Shown: positions 44,995-54,816, counted from the stretch's first letter. The stretch is DNA of 64,000 nucleotides from a phage (GCA_020279385.1 GCA_020279385.1_4762.2), one strand, 5' to 3'. Numbers and translations: made by a program. The notes: a model not told the origin generated them from the letters alone.

Positions 44995-45720
44995 ATGTTT
45001 GATAAAGAATATTTCGAAGAACTCCGCGCTATTGCGGCGTCCGACGACAAAGAAGCACAGAAAACAGCTAAAACAGAATTAGCTGACTACGCAAAACAAT
45101 TTGATATTAAGGTCAAAAAGACGCTCTCGTTAGAGAACATGATCGAGTTCGTAGAAACCGAATTAACTAAACTGGCTTCCGAAATGGAAGAAGAAACTCC
45201 GGCAGAAGGAACCAGTATTAACGATCTTATTCTGGCAGCAGACACCGCAGATGATAAAGTGGTATTCGACGAAGTTGATCCGTCTCTGGTTGAAGCAATG
45301 AAAGAACCTGAGATCGTCATTGAAGAAACAAAAGAAGAATCTCCAGCAGTTGAACCAGTGGTCGAAGAAGTTAAGTCAGATGTTGAAGAAGCACCGGAAG
45401 TTAAAGTGGAATCTCCGGCAGCCAACATTTTCTCTGACGAAGCAGAACATCGTTCTCCAGCACATAACACTGATTCATTTTGCGATCTTACTGGCTTCCG
45501 TCCGACCATTTGCTTGATCGGTGGCGGTCGTGGTTACTACTCCTGCCCGTGGTGGATTTTCGACTGGATCGTTAATACTCCAGATTGGAAGAAGTATCCA
45601 GAGCGTTTCCCGCACGCGTATGTACACGACACCCTCAAGTCACTGATCTATTATATCAAACGCGATGGGTCTGTCAAGGTGAGAGAGACTAAACATAGCC
45701 AATTCCACACACTCAAGTAA
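44995..45720 (+). CDS. acidic protein, possibly Inh-like by position (between uvsW and hoc)
   Basis: 241 aa; long E/P/V-rich acidic region then Cys/Trp-containing C-terminal domain; assignment by synteny only. Confidence 0.4.
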   Translation: MFDKEYFEELRAIAASDDKEAQKTAKTELADYAKQFDIKVKKTLSLENMIEFVETELTKLASEMEEETPAEGTSINDLILAADTADDKVVFDEVDPSLVEAMKEPEIVIEETKEESPAVEPVVEEVKSDVEEAPEVKVESPAANIFSDEAEHRSPAHNTDSFCDLTGFRPTICLIGGGRGYYSCPWWIFDWIVNTPDWKKYPERFPHAYVHDTLKSLIYYIKRDGSVKVRETKHSQFHTLK

Positions 45721-45985
45721 TTTTTGGGTGATAAAAGTTGTGAAATATTTGTTATAATTTTAATTGTAGTTCCGTTATGCAATTAAAAAGAGGATACTAC
45801 ATGTCTAACAAAATCAATGTATTACATCAAACAGAACAAATACCCAGACGAGATCGATACTATTTCGTCCTCGTTGCATCACTATTCTAATACTCATGTA
45901 TTGGAATCTCGCAATGGTTATCTGGTTGATGGCAATCAACTATTTCAATTAATTAAATTCGGATTTTCTATGGGAGTGGCTTTAT

Positions 45986-47200
45986 ATGGCTTTCACAGTA
46001 TCAATACAATCTAACAAAAGATGTTTTCTTGCTGGTGATGGTTTCACCTTAACGGCGACTGTAGCGGGTGACGAACCATCACCCAGCAATTTGACATATA
46101 CATGGACAAAAGACGGCAAACCGCATGAAAATAAGACAGCTACGCTAACTGTAGAAGGCGCAACAAGTGAAAATGCGGGTAGCTATAAAGTAACGGTACA
46201 AGATACCGATACGACGGAATCAGTAGAATCTGAAGTTTTCCTCATGGAAGAAGCGGAATTAATCGTAAATATCACCGAACCGCCGCATTTCTACGTATCA
46301 TCACAAAAAGACGTAGAATTACATGCAACAGTAAAATTTTCGGGTGGGAAGACTCCAGCAGACAACTATGAACTACATTATAGTTGGAGTAAGGGCGAAG
46401 AAGTTATAGACACAAAACAGAATATTACAATCCAAAAATTTACAGCAGATAAAAACGGCGTGTATACTGTAAAAGTGTGGGGCGAGTCGGAAAATTCAGC
46501 CGATAGCGCATCGACTAAAATCATGCTGGCAACAATGAACGTAGATCAGGATGTGGTGGAATCAAAGACCGTGGCACTAGGTAATGAGATCTTACTTAAT
46601 TATGTTGTGTCAGAGGACATTGTAGGCGATTCTAGCGGTATGCCTGAATTGACGATCAAACATAACTGGTATTTGCAGCGCGAAGGGCAACTGTCACCGA
46701 CTCTGATCGGTAATGAGGTCGGCGAAGCACTGGAAGGATTTTCTATCACTCCAGACGGTCATCTGTTCAAAGAGAGTGCTACTTACGATGACACAGCCAA
46801 ATTCTGGTGTGTTGCTAAACTATATCAACAGATTGAAGATGAACCAGTAGAAGTTGCAACAAGTACAAGTAGAAAATGTTCAATGGAAGTTGTTAAAATG
46901 TTTCGTTACGTACACCCGATCCCGTGGCGCAAAACTTCATTTATCTACATTGGATGGTGGGTATTTGACGAGATTGTTAAATTCAATGAGGCTGGGTTAG
47001 AGTGGCGTGACCGAGAAGTTTATTCTACCAGCAAGTACGCCAAAGATCTGGAGACAATCGCGGCAGCGGAAGAAAAATATAGTGATTGCACTTGCATGGA
47101 ATCTCGCAATGGTTTCATGTATCATTCCAAAGAGTTACATAAACTGGACCGAGATACGTTAGAGCGAGTTCTACGCATTCGTGAAACGCATCCTGCTTAA
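45986..47200 (+). CDS. hoc: Hoc-like outer capsid protein with Ig-like domains
   Basis: 404 aa; repeated Ig-like strand patterns (TLTATVAGDEPSPSNLTYTWTKDGKP, GSYKVTV, YSWSKGEEV, GVYTVKV); position as T4 hoc. Confidence 0.65.
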   Translation: MAFTVSIQSNKRCFLAGDGFTLTATVAGDEPSPSNLTYTWTKDGKPHENKTATLTVEGATSENAGSYKVTVQDTDTTESVESEVFLMEEAELIVNITEPPHFYVSSQKDVELHATVKFSGGKTPADNYELHYSWSKGEEVIDTKQNITIQKFTADKNGVYTVKVWGESENSADSASTKIMLATMNVDQDVVESKTVALGNEILLNYVVSEDIVGDSSGMPELTIKHNWYLQREGQLSPTLIGNEVGEALEGFSITPDGHLFKESATYDDTAKFWCVAKLYQQIEDEPVEVATSTSRKCSMEVVKMFRYVHPIPWRKTSFIYIGWWVFDEIVKFNEAGLEWRDREVYSTSKYAKDLETIAAAEEKYSDCTCMESRNGFMYHSKELHKLDRDTLERVLRIRETHPA

Positions 47201-47211
47201 TGAAATCTATC

Positions 47212-47240
47212 AGCCATCCTTCGGGGTGGCTTTTTTGTTT
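47212..47240 (+). terminator. rho-independent terminator after hoc
   Basis: GCCATCC-TTCG-GGGTGGC hairpin followed by TTTTTTGTTTTT. Confidence 0.75.
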
Positions 47241-47247
47241 TTAGTGC

Positions 47248-47275
47248 TTGACAGAGCGATTTAGATGCCTATAAT
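47248..47275 (+). promoter_or_regulatory. sigma70-type promoter (TTGACA-16-TATAAT)
   Basis: TTGACA 47248-47253, TATAAT 47270-47275. Confidence 0.6.
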
Positions 47276-47402
47276 GACACGCATCGACATGCTACTGTCC
47301 ATAGTGAGGCGAAGAAAATATTATGAATATGGGGTTGAAAATGGCGTTGATAACTGTTACTGTATTATTCGTTGTTGTGTTTATGAATGTATGAGGTGAA
47401 GT

Positions 47403-47600
47403 ATGAATGAGATTGTACGATTGATCAAAGAAGCACCAATCGAGATGTATTTTCTGGCTTTGGTTGCAACAATGGTCTATCAGCTAGTCGCATGTCATGT
47501 GTGGAAGTCGGAAAATGCGTTTATCCGGTTTTTTGGTACTGTCATGATCCAGTTTCCGGTACTGATCACTATCCTGTTAATCGTCAATGGGGCGAAGTGA
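47403..47600 (+). CDS. small membrane protein (65 aa)
   Basis: Two hydrophobic segments; RBS GAGGTGAAG. Confidence 0.4.
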   Translation: MNEIVRLIKEAPIEMYFLALVATMVYQLVACHVWKSENAFIRFFGTVMIQFPVLITILLIVNGAK

Positions 47601-47875
47601 TGGACAAGAAAACAGCGTTAATGGTTTACATGCTACGCGAAGACCACGGTCTTAATTTTGTTGATATTGCTAAGAAGATTGGCGGTATCAGCGGACAAGA
47701 TGCGGCTAAGGCATGGTTGATGGTAAAAGATGCACGCGAGGCTTACGCCAACCGTGAAAAGGTTGTTTATCGTAAACACCACATCAACAAAAAATTTAAA
47801 AATAAAGTTCAAAAACGTGTTGACAAGCCAAATAACACTGTTATAATGGACGCATTCAAACGGGCAATGTCCTGA
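47600..47875 (+). CDS. hypothetical basic protein (91 aa)
   Basis: ATG 47600 overlapping previous stop (ATGA). Confidence 0.4.
   Translation: MDKKTALMVYMLREDHGLNFVDIAKKIGGISGQDAAKAWLMVKDAREAYANREKVVYRKHHINKKFKNKVQKRVDKPNNTVIMDAFKRAMS
47820..47847 (+). promoter_or_regulatory. sigma70-type promoter (TTGACA-16-TATAAT) inside 3' end of preceding ORF
   Basis: TTGACA 47820-47825, TATAAT 47842-47847. Confidence 0.55.
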
Positions 47876-47921
47876 TTTGTAATTAATATTCTGAATAACT
47901 AATCAATAGAGGTGACTAATT

Positions 47922-48359
47922 ATGAAATTCCGTAAAAACCACGTAGCAATGAAAAAGGCAATGTTCGAAGCATTCAAAGCAGTTGATCAGGGCGGTGTTA
48001 CTCTGATTGAGCAAATTAATGTTGATGTTTGGCAATCTCCGGCGATCACCTGCTCCCGTCTTGCTACGGCTGGCCTTCTGAAAGTTCACAGCTCTACCGC
48101 ATACGACGAAGCATTGCAAGTTATTAAGGCTTTTGCTGGAGACGTTACCAGCAAGTGGGTCTATGAGAATAAAGGTGAAATTGCGGTTGCTCACGTAGGC
48201 AACAATATCCAGATGGAAATCAAGATTAAGGAAGGGTCTAAACGCAATCAGATGCTTGTTCGCTTCCAGCCATACAAAACTAACGTAGTGCCGGATGATC
48301 TGATCATCTCTAAGAGTAATGTTACCATTCGCCGAAATCAGATCGTTATCAACAAATAA
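47922..48359 (+). CDS. hypothetical protein (145 aa)
   Basis: RBS AGAGGTG + ATG. Confidence 0.5.
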   Translation: MKFRKNHVAMKKAMFEAFKAVDQGGVTLIEQINVDVWQSPAITCSRLATAGLLKVHSSTAYDEALQVIKAFAGDVTSKWVYENKGEIAVAHVGNNIQMEIKIKEGSKRNQMLVRFQPYKTNVVPDDLIISKSNVTIRRNQIVINK

Positions 48360-48368
48360 TTAACATTA

Positions 48369-48393
48369 GCCGTCCTTCTGGGCGGCTTTTTTG
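48369..48393 (+). terminator. rho-independent terminator
   Basis: GCCGTCC-TTCT-GGGCGGC hairpin followed by TTTTTTG. Confidence 0.75.
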
Positions 48394-48773
48394 TATCTGT
48401 TATTAACATAATTTTAGTTTACATGTGCACAATATTAATACTGTTTGATTAAATTATGATCAAAACGAAGAAAGATCTTTAGAACATAGAAAATGTATCT
48501 TTGGTTAATTATTAATCACTACATATTGTAACACAAATGTTATACTCCGTAGGAGTTCGCGAAGCGATATCCTTTTGTGTAGTTTTTACATGTATGATTA
48601 AATTATGATCAAAACGAAGACTTATCTTATAGAATAATAAAAATTTGTTTCGAACATTTATTAATCAATTACTGGAAGTGTTTTTATTGCTCGCTGTGCT
48701 CGCTTCCGCTACGCGGATACTTGTATTTGTTATTAACTTGTAGTATGATATTGCTTTCTATGGAGGAAATATT
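48394..48773. repeat. AT-rich noncoding region with imperfect direct repeats
   Basis: TTGTAT(C/T)TGTTATTAAC at 48391 and 48721; TTACATGT..TGATTAAATTATGATCAAAACGAAGA at ~48420-48475 and ~48585-48620. Confidence 0.6.
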
Positions 48774-49361
48774 ATGTTTGACCAGTTACAAGATCTATTT
48801 GGAGTAAAACCACTTCGTAGATGTGCTTTAATAGGCTCTAGAAAAGCGCCTAGCGACATTTTGATAATGGCTAGTACCATTGGGAGGGTATTGTCAGAAA
48901 ATCGCGTTGTAGCGCATTCTGGAGGGGCTTACGGTATGGACAATGCTTTCATGAAGTATTACGATCCAGATTATAGAAAAATTTTCATTCCAAATTGGAA
49001 GTTTTATGACCACAAGCATAACGGTCATGATGTTATTGCATGGCAAACATTAGAACAAAAAAATCTGGCGATGGATGAATTAGAACATGTTTATGATAAT
49101 CCTCGTTCTATACCGTTATACATGCAAAATCTGTTTTCTAGAAATGTTGCTCAAGTCTTAGGTGAGACACTTGATGATCCTGTAGATTGTGTGATATTCT
49201 GGGCGAAAGAAGTTAATGGAATCGTTTCGGGAGGAACTAGAATTGCTGTTTATGTTGCCCGTAGACATGGGATACCATGTTTTAACTTATATCATCAAGA
49301 AAATAGATCCGCCGTCGAAAAAATCTTGGGCGGATCTGACTTGTCTTGGTTAGATATTTAG
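48774..49361 (+). CDS. DprA/SLOG-like Rossmann-fold protein (putative)
   Basis: 195 aa; CALIGSRKAPSD...MASTIGRVLSENRVVAHSGGAYGMDNAF resembles the DprA/Smf GSR...SGGARGID core. Confidence 0.4.
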   Translation: MFDQLQDLFGVKPLRRCALIGSRKAPSDILIMASTIGRVLSENRVVAHSGGAYGMDNAFMKYYDPDYRKIFIPNWKFYDHKHNGHDVIAWQTLEQKNLAMDELEHVYDNPRSIPLYMQNLFSRNVAQVLGETLDDPVDCVIFWAKEVNGIVSGGTRIAVYVARRHGIPCFNLYHQENRSAVEKILGGSDLSWLDI

Positions 49362-50603
49362 TTAAGCGTTGTCAATCTCAAGCGGTGGCAGTTCGATTCC
49401 TAAAATGTAGGACATTTCTGAACGTCCAGCCATTTTACCCCAATCGTCACCCTTGATGACCTGGTGTTCTTCCTGATCAACTTTTGATGTGTATGGGTTG
49501 ACAGAGAGTGAATAACGATTCATAATAGCTACATGATGCTGGAAGCTATTGGGGTCAATTACACTCTTATACGCGCCAGCGCCGTCGGCTTCTGTATATG
49601 GGGAGTAGAACAGAGAACCTACACTCTCCATATCACCGATCATGTGCTTACAACCAACGAGCATATAATCGAAAGGTGTTGTCGTGTCTGCGTACACTTC
49701 CAGACCGCAACGTAGACGACCTTCGCTTAGAGCATTGTCGGTTTCTTCCATCCAACCGGAAGATTGCAGGAGGCCAACCACGCGAGAAGACGCCAAAACG
49801 TATGTACCAGCAAAGGAGGAAGTCCGCAACATTTGATTGCTCATTTCGCAAGCATAGCGGTAAAGTTCACGCGCTTGTGCTGGTGCATCCTGAACGCTAA
49901 CGAGAGAAAGTACGCCGTCAGGGGTGATCCCTTTAATTTTATAGCGAGATGATACAGTGATCAACTTCTGAATAATATCTTTGTTGATCTCTTCGGAAGC
50001 GATCGTAGCCAGAAGATCAATTACAGAGTTTTCAGAGTTGATTTGGCTTGCCTCAAGATCCTGCATCAATTCGGTCGTGAATGAGGTTTTCAGTTTACGA
50101 GAACCTACATTAACCTGCCATTTATCAAACTGCATAGAGGTAGACGAAATTTCGGTGTTTTTATCTTCAAAGTATTCTACCGATGCACAATCGCTATAGA
50201 AACGAATTTTGTTTGTCATTACGCCTTTAAAGATTGCGGCTTCTGGAGTTTCGGCATCTTCACCGACTGTACCAGCGGTCACAACTTCGTATACAACATC
50301 GCCTGATTTGAATAGTGCGCCTTCGTCATAAGATTTTTCTTTTGAAAACTCTTCAATCTCTGTGCGATCACCAGCCGCGCCACCGTAGGTTGTAGCAGTT
50401 CGGAAAGTCATCTGACCATCACGATTAAGATAACGTAGTCCGTACAATGCAGATACTGGTTGATCCGTTGGCTGGATTGCTACCAGATCAGAGAAAATCA
50501 GGTTGTTTACCGCGCGAGTTAATGATAATAGTTGCGGTCGCGCTGTCTGGTTAGCTACTGAGGAAGTAGATTCCCGCAACAGTTCAGTAAAAATATGAGT
50601 CAT
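49362..50603 (-). CDS. 24: head vertex protein gp24
   Basis: Start set at ATG 50601-50603 (MTHIFTELLRES... parallels T4 gp24 MAKINELLREST); ATTYGGAAG, KWQVNVGSRKLKT, SNPYT motifs. Confidence 0.85.
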   Translation of the reverse strand: MTHIFTELLRESTSSVANQTARPQLLSLTRAVNNLIFSDLVAIQPTDQPVSALYGLRYLNRDGQMTFRTATTYGGAAGDRTEIEEFSKEKSYDEGALFKSGDVVYEVVTAGTVGEDAETPEAAIFKGVMTNKIRFYSDCASVEYFEDKNTEISSTSMQFDKWQVNVGSRKLKTSFTTELMQDLEASQINSENSVIDLLATIASEEINKDIIQKLITVSSRYKIKGITPDGVLSLVSVQDAPAQARELYRYACEMSNQMLRTSSFAGTYVLASSRVVGLLQSSGWMEETDNALSEGRLRCGLEVYADTTTPFDYMLVGCKHMIGDMESVGSLFYSPYTEADGAGAYKSVIDPNSFQHHVAIMNRYSLSVNPYTSKVDQEEHQVIKGDDWGKMAGRSEMSYILGIELPPLEIDNA

Positions 50604-50640
50604 GTTTATGAATCCTGTATTTGCCTTAATGGATATATCA

Positions 50641-50648
50641 TATTTATA
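50641..50648 (-). promoter_or_regulatory. T4-type late promoter TATAAATA for gene 24
   Basis: Plus TATTTATA ~37 nt upstream of gene 24 ATG, just downstream of a minus-strand terminator. Confidence 0.6.
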
Positions 50649-50649
50649 C

Positions 50650-50677
50650 AAAAAGAAAAAGGAATCCGAAGGATTCC
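50650..50677 (-). terminator. rho-independent terminator between gene 23 region and gene 24
   Basis: Minus-strand hairpin GGAATCC-TTCG-GATTCC followed by TTTTTCTTTTT. Confidence 0.7.
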
Positions 50678-50687
50678 AAAAATAAAC

Positions 50688-50840
50688 TTACTTCTTCCTA
50701 GAAACATTATCAACGCTACGGTTAACTTTGTTTACCAGATTAATTGCATGGTCAGAACGAATAATTGCATAAGCTAATGCTAACATCAATTCGTTGTATT
50801 CCTTACGAGTCATAACATAGCTGTTTTCTTTCTTACTCAT
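50688..50840 (-). CDS. possible small protein (50 aa) between genes 23 and 24
   Basis: ATG with strong RBS GGAGGA; MSKKENSYVMTRKEYNELMLALAYAIIRSDHAINLVNKVNRSVDNVSRKK; not in track. Confidence 0.3.
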   Translation of the reverse strand: MSKKENSYVMTRKEYNELMLALAYAIIRSDHAINLVNKVNRSVDNVSRKK

Positions 50841-51105
50841 GCATTTCCTCCTTATGGAGAATTTGGGGTTAATTCAGGGAACAGCGTACCAAAACCAAAA
50901 TTACCGCTAGCGTCACGCTGAAATGTCATAACAAGGCAGATCTGTATATCTACCAAATCTATCCGACCTAATATCAACATGAACGCTCATTTCATTCATT
51001 GGTCCTTTGCCATGCAGTTACTACGAAAATTTGTGGAATTGTTTGTTGTGTGTATCTATTTTCGCTCCCAATAGAATATAGGCTTGCAACCCTATTTATA
51101 TACGC

Positions 51106-51134
51106 AAAAAGGGAAGACCCTTTCGAGTCTTCCC
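51106..51134 (-). terminator. rho-independent terminator after gene 23
   Basis: Minus-strand hairpin GGGAAGAC..GTCTTCCC followed by TTTTT. Confidence 0.7.
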
Positions 51135-51218
51135 TTTGGAATTAACACTTTACACTGTCATAAGGTTTATGATAAGTCGGGCATTGCACCCGACAGGAGT
51201 TTTCAGGAATGGCTTATA

Positions 51219-52805
51219 TTAGCAACCTTTAACCCATACACGACGGAAGTATGCGTTTTTACCTACGCTGTCTTTGCTCAACATACCGGAGGTGATGCGA
51301 GCGGACGGTGCCTGGGATTTGCTGTCTGCAAACGGGTTAATACCGATGCCGTAGCGAGTCTTGAAGCCCAGAACCGGGTGGAAAGACTGCGGATCAGTTG
51401 CACGCAGCGGAGTCAGAGCAACATACGGAGCATAGTAGATACCAGCATCCATTTCGTTGTCGCCTTTGTAACCTACGGTGAAGTAGTCCTGACGAGCATA
51501 CTGGTCGATGAATACTTTGTACTTACCAGCCAGAACACCAGCGAAAACAGCTTTAGTGGTGTCGGTATTCAGACCTTTTGCAGCACCCTGCATAGCAAGA
51601 CTGATACCCTGATCAGCAGAAGCCAGAATGTTTACAACGTTACGGGAAGCGATAACAAAGTTACCAGCACCGCGACCAGTCTGACGAGCGATTTCAGCAG
51701 CTTCTTTGTCGATCTGGTAGATCAGAGATTTGAAGGATTCACCAGCCCAACGAGCACCGCGAGTATCGATCGGGTCTTGCAGGTCAAATACACCAGCTTT
51801 AGAACCAACGGTCTGAGTCATACCAGTCTTACCCACCTGAGCGGTAAAGTTGATAACGTCAACGATTTCACGGTTGATTTCCAGCAGAACTTCGTTAGCT
51901 AGGATAGCATTCAGTTCAGCGTCAGCGTCCATACCGTGTACAGCACGCAGATCCTGCGCAACTTCGATAGAATAACGAGCTTTCAGTTGGCGAGATTTCG
52001 CTTCAACAACCTGTTTGTCAATACGCATTGACATTTCAGCCCACGGGTTATTGCTGGAACCGTTAAAACCTTCCTGAATTTCGGCAATGGAAGTAGCCAT
52101 ACCATAAGCGATTTCAGCCAATTTACCTTCTTCCATCAGCTTCATAACAGTTTCGTCTGCGGTTTCTTGACCTGCTTTGGTAGGGGTTACTGCGTCTGCG
52201 GTAACGTTTTGCAGATATGCAATACCAGTTTCTGCGAAGGTGTGGTGAACAATATCACCAGCTGCAATCTGAGTACCGATTTCCAGTTTAGCAAACGGAG
52301 TACCAGTCGGGGAACCAGTGGTTGCACCTTTAGCAGCCAGAGAGCTATGGAACACATCAGGCGCATACATCGGATGGAATGCTTCTTTCGCCTGAGATGC
52401 CAGCGGGTTAGGACCGTATACAGAACGGATTGCAAAGATCTGGCTAGTCGGAGTGCTCATCGGCTGAACGCCACAAATATCAAATGCGATCAGGTTAGGG
52501 ATAGCACGGCGAACCATACCGATAACAGCCGGACCTACGTTGGTGATTGCACCAGTAGTCTGACCAGACGCGATATTAGATGCGTCATAACCGTGGTCGC
52601 CAGCAACTTCGGCTTCTGCGATAAAGCCACCGAATGCTTCAACAACTTTTTCATCCTTATAGATCGGGTCTACAGCAAAATCCGCTTCCTGAGATTCCAG
52701 AATTTTAGCAACCAGTTTCTGCTTAGACGCAGTTGCGATTTCCGGCAGTTTTTCGTTCTCCAGCAGCGGGGACCATTTTTCCATCAGTTCTTTGGTAGTT
52801 TTCAT
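51219..52805 (-). CDS. 23: major capsid protein gp23
   Basis: 528 aa; very close to T4 gp23 (VRRAIPNLIAFDICGVQPM, EAFHPMY, DKQVVEAKSRQLKA, GRGAGNFVIASRNV, GIYYAPYVALTPLR, NAYFRRV). Confidence 0.95.
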   Translation of the reverse strand: MKTTKELMEKWSPLLENEKLPEIATASKQKLVAKILESQEADFAVDPIYKDEKVVEAFGGFIAEAEVAGDHGYDASNIASGQTTGAITNVGPAVIGMVRRAIPNLIAFDICGVQPMSTPTSQIFAIRSVYGPNPLASQAKEAFHPMYAPDVFHSSLAAKGATTGSPTGTPFAKLEIGTQIAAGDIVHHTFAETGIAYLQNVTADAVTPTKAGQETADETVMKLMEEGKLAEIAYGMATSIAEIQEGFNGSSNNPWAEMSMRIDKQVVEAKSRQLKARYSIEVAQDLRAVHGMDADAELNAILANEVLLEINREIVDVINFTAQVGKTGMTQTVGSKAGVFDLQDPIDTRGARWAGESFKSLIYQIDKEAAEIARQTGRGAGNFVIASRNVVNILASADQGISLAMQGAAKGLNTDTTKAVFAGVLAGKYKVFIDQYARQDYFTVGYKGDNEMDAGIYYAPYVALTPLRATDPQSFHPVLGFKTRYGIGINPFADSKSQAPSARITSGMLSKDSVGKNAYFRRVWVKGC

Positions 52806-52863
52806 GTTCTTTAAACCTTGTTTGTTGTTAACCTAAAGTATTTATTAGTAGATTTGAATTGCA

Positions 52864-53658
52864 TTAGATGAAATTCAGGTAGCGAGATACGCCGGAATCT
52901 ACAGTTGCTTTTTTCTCTGATTCTTCGACAGCTTCTGCAATAACATTCAGCTTGTCGGCATCAGTATTTAGTGATTCTTCAATCTTCGCTGGTTTGTCTT
53001 CTTTCTTAGCCACCATTTCGACAATTGTAGTTAATTTCTTATCGAAAGTTTCGCTATATTCCAGACCTTCAATCAGCGCGGTTACTTTTTCTTTCTGAGT
53101 ATCGGAAAGATCACGAGTGCTTTCATTGATCGCTTGTTCGCGCTTCATGCCACGAATTTCGCTTTCAAGTTGCAGTTTGGCATCAAAGAGTTCGGAGGTT
53201 TTTTCTTTTTCTTCTTTGAGTGCTTCGTCAAGTTCAGCAACAACGTCTACAGATTCTTCCGGTACTACAACATTGTGAGTAACGAAAACATCTTTCAGAG
53301 AACCAATCAGGGATTCGCACAGATCCGCTTTAATATTACGGGTGACGGCTTCTTTATTTTCTGCCAGCCATTTAGCGCCTAAGTGATTCAGGAATTTATC
53401 TGCATCTTCGTACAGTTTGGTTTCAATCTCGGTGCGTGCTTCTTCGACCTTTGATTCTACCAGTTCATCGGCTTTAGCGGCGATTTTTTCAATGTGGCTT
53501 TCTGCCAGTGCAACAGCATTAGCTTTTACCGCCTGAGCGTAGATAGTACCAAAATTTTCTTTTACTTCCGGCGACAGTTCGACGGATTCAAACAGGTCAT
53601 CGAGAGCAACGTCTACGGTGATCTGTTTTGCTTCTTCGAGCAGCATTTCTTTAAGCAT
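52864..53658 (-). CDS. 22: prohead core scaffold protein gp22
   Basis: 264 aa acidic coiled-coil protein; synteny and length. Confidence 0.8.
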   Translation of the reverse strand: MLKEMLLEEAKQITVDVALDDLFESVELSPEVKENFGTIYAQAVKANAVALAESHIEKIAAKADELVESKVEEARTEIETKLYEDADKFLNHLGAKWLAENKEAVTRNIKADLCESLIGSLKDVFVTHNVVVPEESVDVVAELDEALKEEKEKTSELFDAKLQLESEIRGMKREQAINESTRDLSDTQKEKVTALIEGLEYSETFDKKLTTIVEMVAKKEDKPAKIEESLNTDADKLNVIAEAVEESEKKATVDSGVSRYLNFI

Positions 53659-53689
53659 GGTTATAACCTTCTTGTTGATAACGACGTTA

Positions 53690-54385
53690 TTATTTATAGC
53701 GTTTAGATAACGCTTCTGCGAGCGCCATAAACGCGCTATTATTCGATTCTACGATGTTTTGTTGTGAGACTGTAGGGTTAATCACTTTTTCGGTTTTATC
53801 GCTTTCTGGTGCGTCTGACGCGCTAGAATCGCTATCCGTTGACTCAACCACAGGAGTTACCCACGCATCCGGTGCGCTCGGACCCCAAACAACATCAACA
53901 CCAACCGTCAACACAAAACCTTCCTGTACAATATTGTATCCGCGACCAGAGTCTTTCAACCGACCCAACCCACGGGAGGAAACGCCAGGAATCCAGCCAG
54001 CGCGAATCAGTGCCGCAAGTTTATCACCTGCGCCTTTATCCCCTTCAATAACACGGGCTTTACCCATCACGTTATTACCTTCCCACCATAATTTTTCAAT
54101 TATGATGCAAGCATTAGATGGGTCTGGCATTGCTCTTGCTGGGTGATTAAGTTCGCCTAGAGCTTGATGTGTCTCAACTTGTTCATGTATGTATTTAGTA
54201 ACCGCATTTTCTAGAACACTGCGAGGATACCAGCGTTTATTGCGGTTTACCGTTTCGGCTTGCAGGAAAATCCCTTGAATATAGAGATTTCCTGTAGCCT
54301 TATCATCAAATGATTCAAGCAATGACGAACTACCGCGAGCACAAGGAACGCCCCATTGTTCGATCAGTAATTCGTTCTTTTCCAT
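53690..54385 (-). CDS. 21: prohead core protease gp21
   Basis: 231 aa; QALGELNHP, IRAGWIPGVSSRGLG, VWGPSAPDAWVTP match T4 gp21. Confidence 0.9.
   Translation of the reverse strand: MEKNELLIEQWGVPCARGSSSLLESFDDKATGNLYIQGIFLQAETVNRNKRWYPRSVLENAVTKYIHEQVETHQALGELNHPARAMPDPSNACIIIEKLWWEGNNVMGKARVIEGDKGAGDKLAALIRAGWIPGVSSRGLGRLKDSGRGYNIVQEGFVLTVGVDVVWGPSAPDAWVTPVVESTDSDSSASDAPESDKTEKVINPTVSQQNIVESNNSAFMALAEALSKRYK
53691..53698 (-). promoter_or_regulatory. T4-type late promoter TATAAATA for gene 22
   Basis: Plus TATTTATA ~32 nt upstream of gene 22 ATG, inside 3' end of gene 21. Confidence 0.55.
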
Positions 54386-54396
54386 GTTGTTTCCTG

Positions 54397-54804
54397 TTAT
54401 AATCCTAACGCCTTACGTTTACGCATTGCTTTTTTGCGCTTACGTTCCGCATGACGTTCGATAGATGGATTTGCGCGTTTGGTTTTTGCAGCACGACGGG
54501 CAATTTGACGGCGTTTAGCTTTGCTTAGGCCAGTAGTCATGTAAGCATTACGCTCACGGGTTTTGCGATCTTTCTTACGTGCAACTTCCCCGCGTGCGTT
54601 TACATGTTTAACCATTGCTTCATTTACAGTAATTCCGTCGATGATAGACAGCATTGCTACCGCCAGTTCCGGCTCATCCTCGGAGATACCTTCAACGATT
54701 TTCAATAGTTCTTCTGACTCAAACATAGCCAACATGTCCAATTTTTCCTGTGCTTCCGGCAGAAAAGTTTCTAAGTCAGCTTTAGGAGTAAAATCTTTAA
54801 TCAT
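54397..54804 (-). CDS. 68: prohead core protein gp68
   Basis: 135 aa; basic C-terminus; synteny. Confidence 0.6.
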   Translation of the reverse strand: MIKDFTPKADLETFLPEAQEKLDMLAMFESEELLKIVEGISEDEPELAVAMLSIIDGITVNEAMVKHVNARGEVARKKDRKTRERNAYMTTGLSKAKRRQIARRAAKTKRANPSIERHAERKRKKAMRKRKALGL

Positions 54805-54816
54805 GTTGGCTTCCTA

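Noticed and set aside
45817-46014. 65-aa ORF overlapping the hoc start
   Set aside because: No RBS; overlaps the hoc promoter/start region out of frame; similarity to the Hoc C-terminus (ESRNG) is too short to support a gene.
49380-49400. tRNA-like T-arm sequence (GTTCGATTCC)
   Set aside because: No complementary T-stem, acceptor stem or anticodon arm around it; it lies inside the gene 24 coding sequence.
51084-52814. Long plus-strand ORFs 51084-51902 and 52167-52814
   Set aside because: Antisense to the very well supported gp23 major capsid gene; Cys/Ser/Thr-rich low-complexity translation typical of antisense frames.
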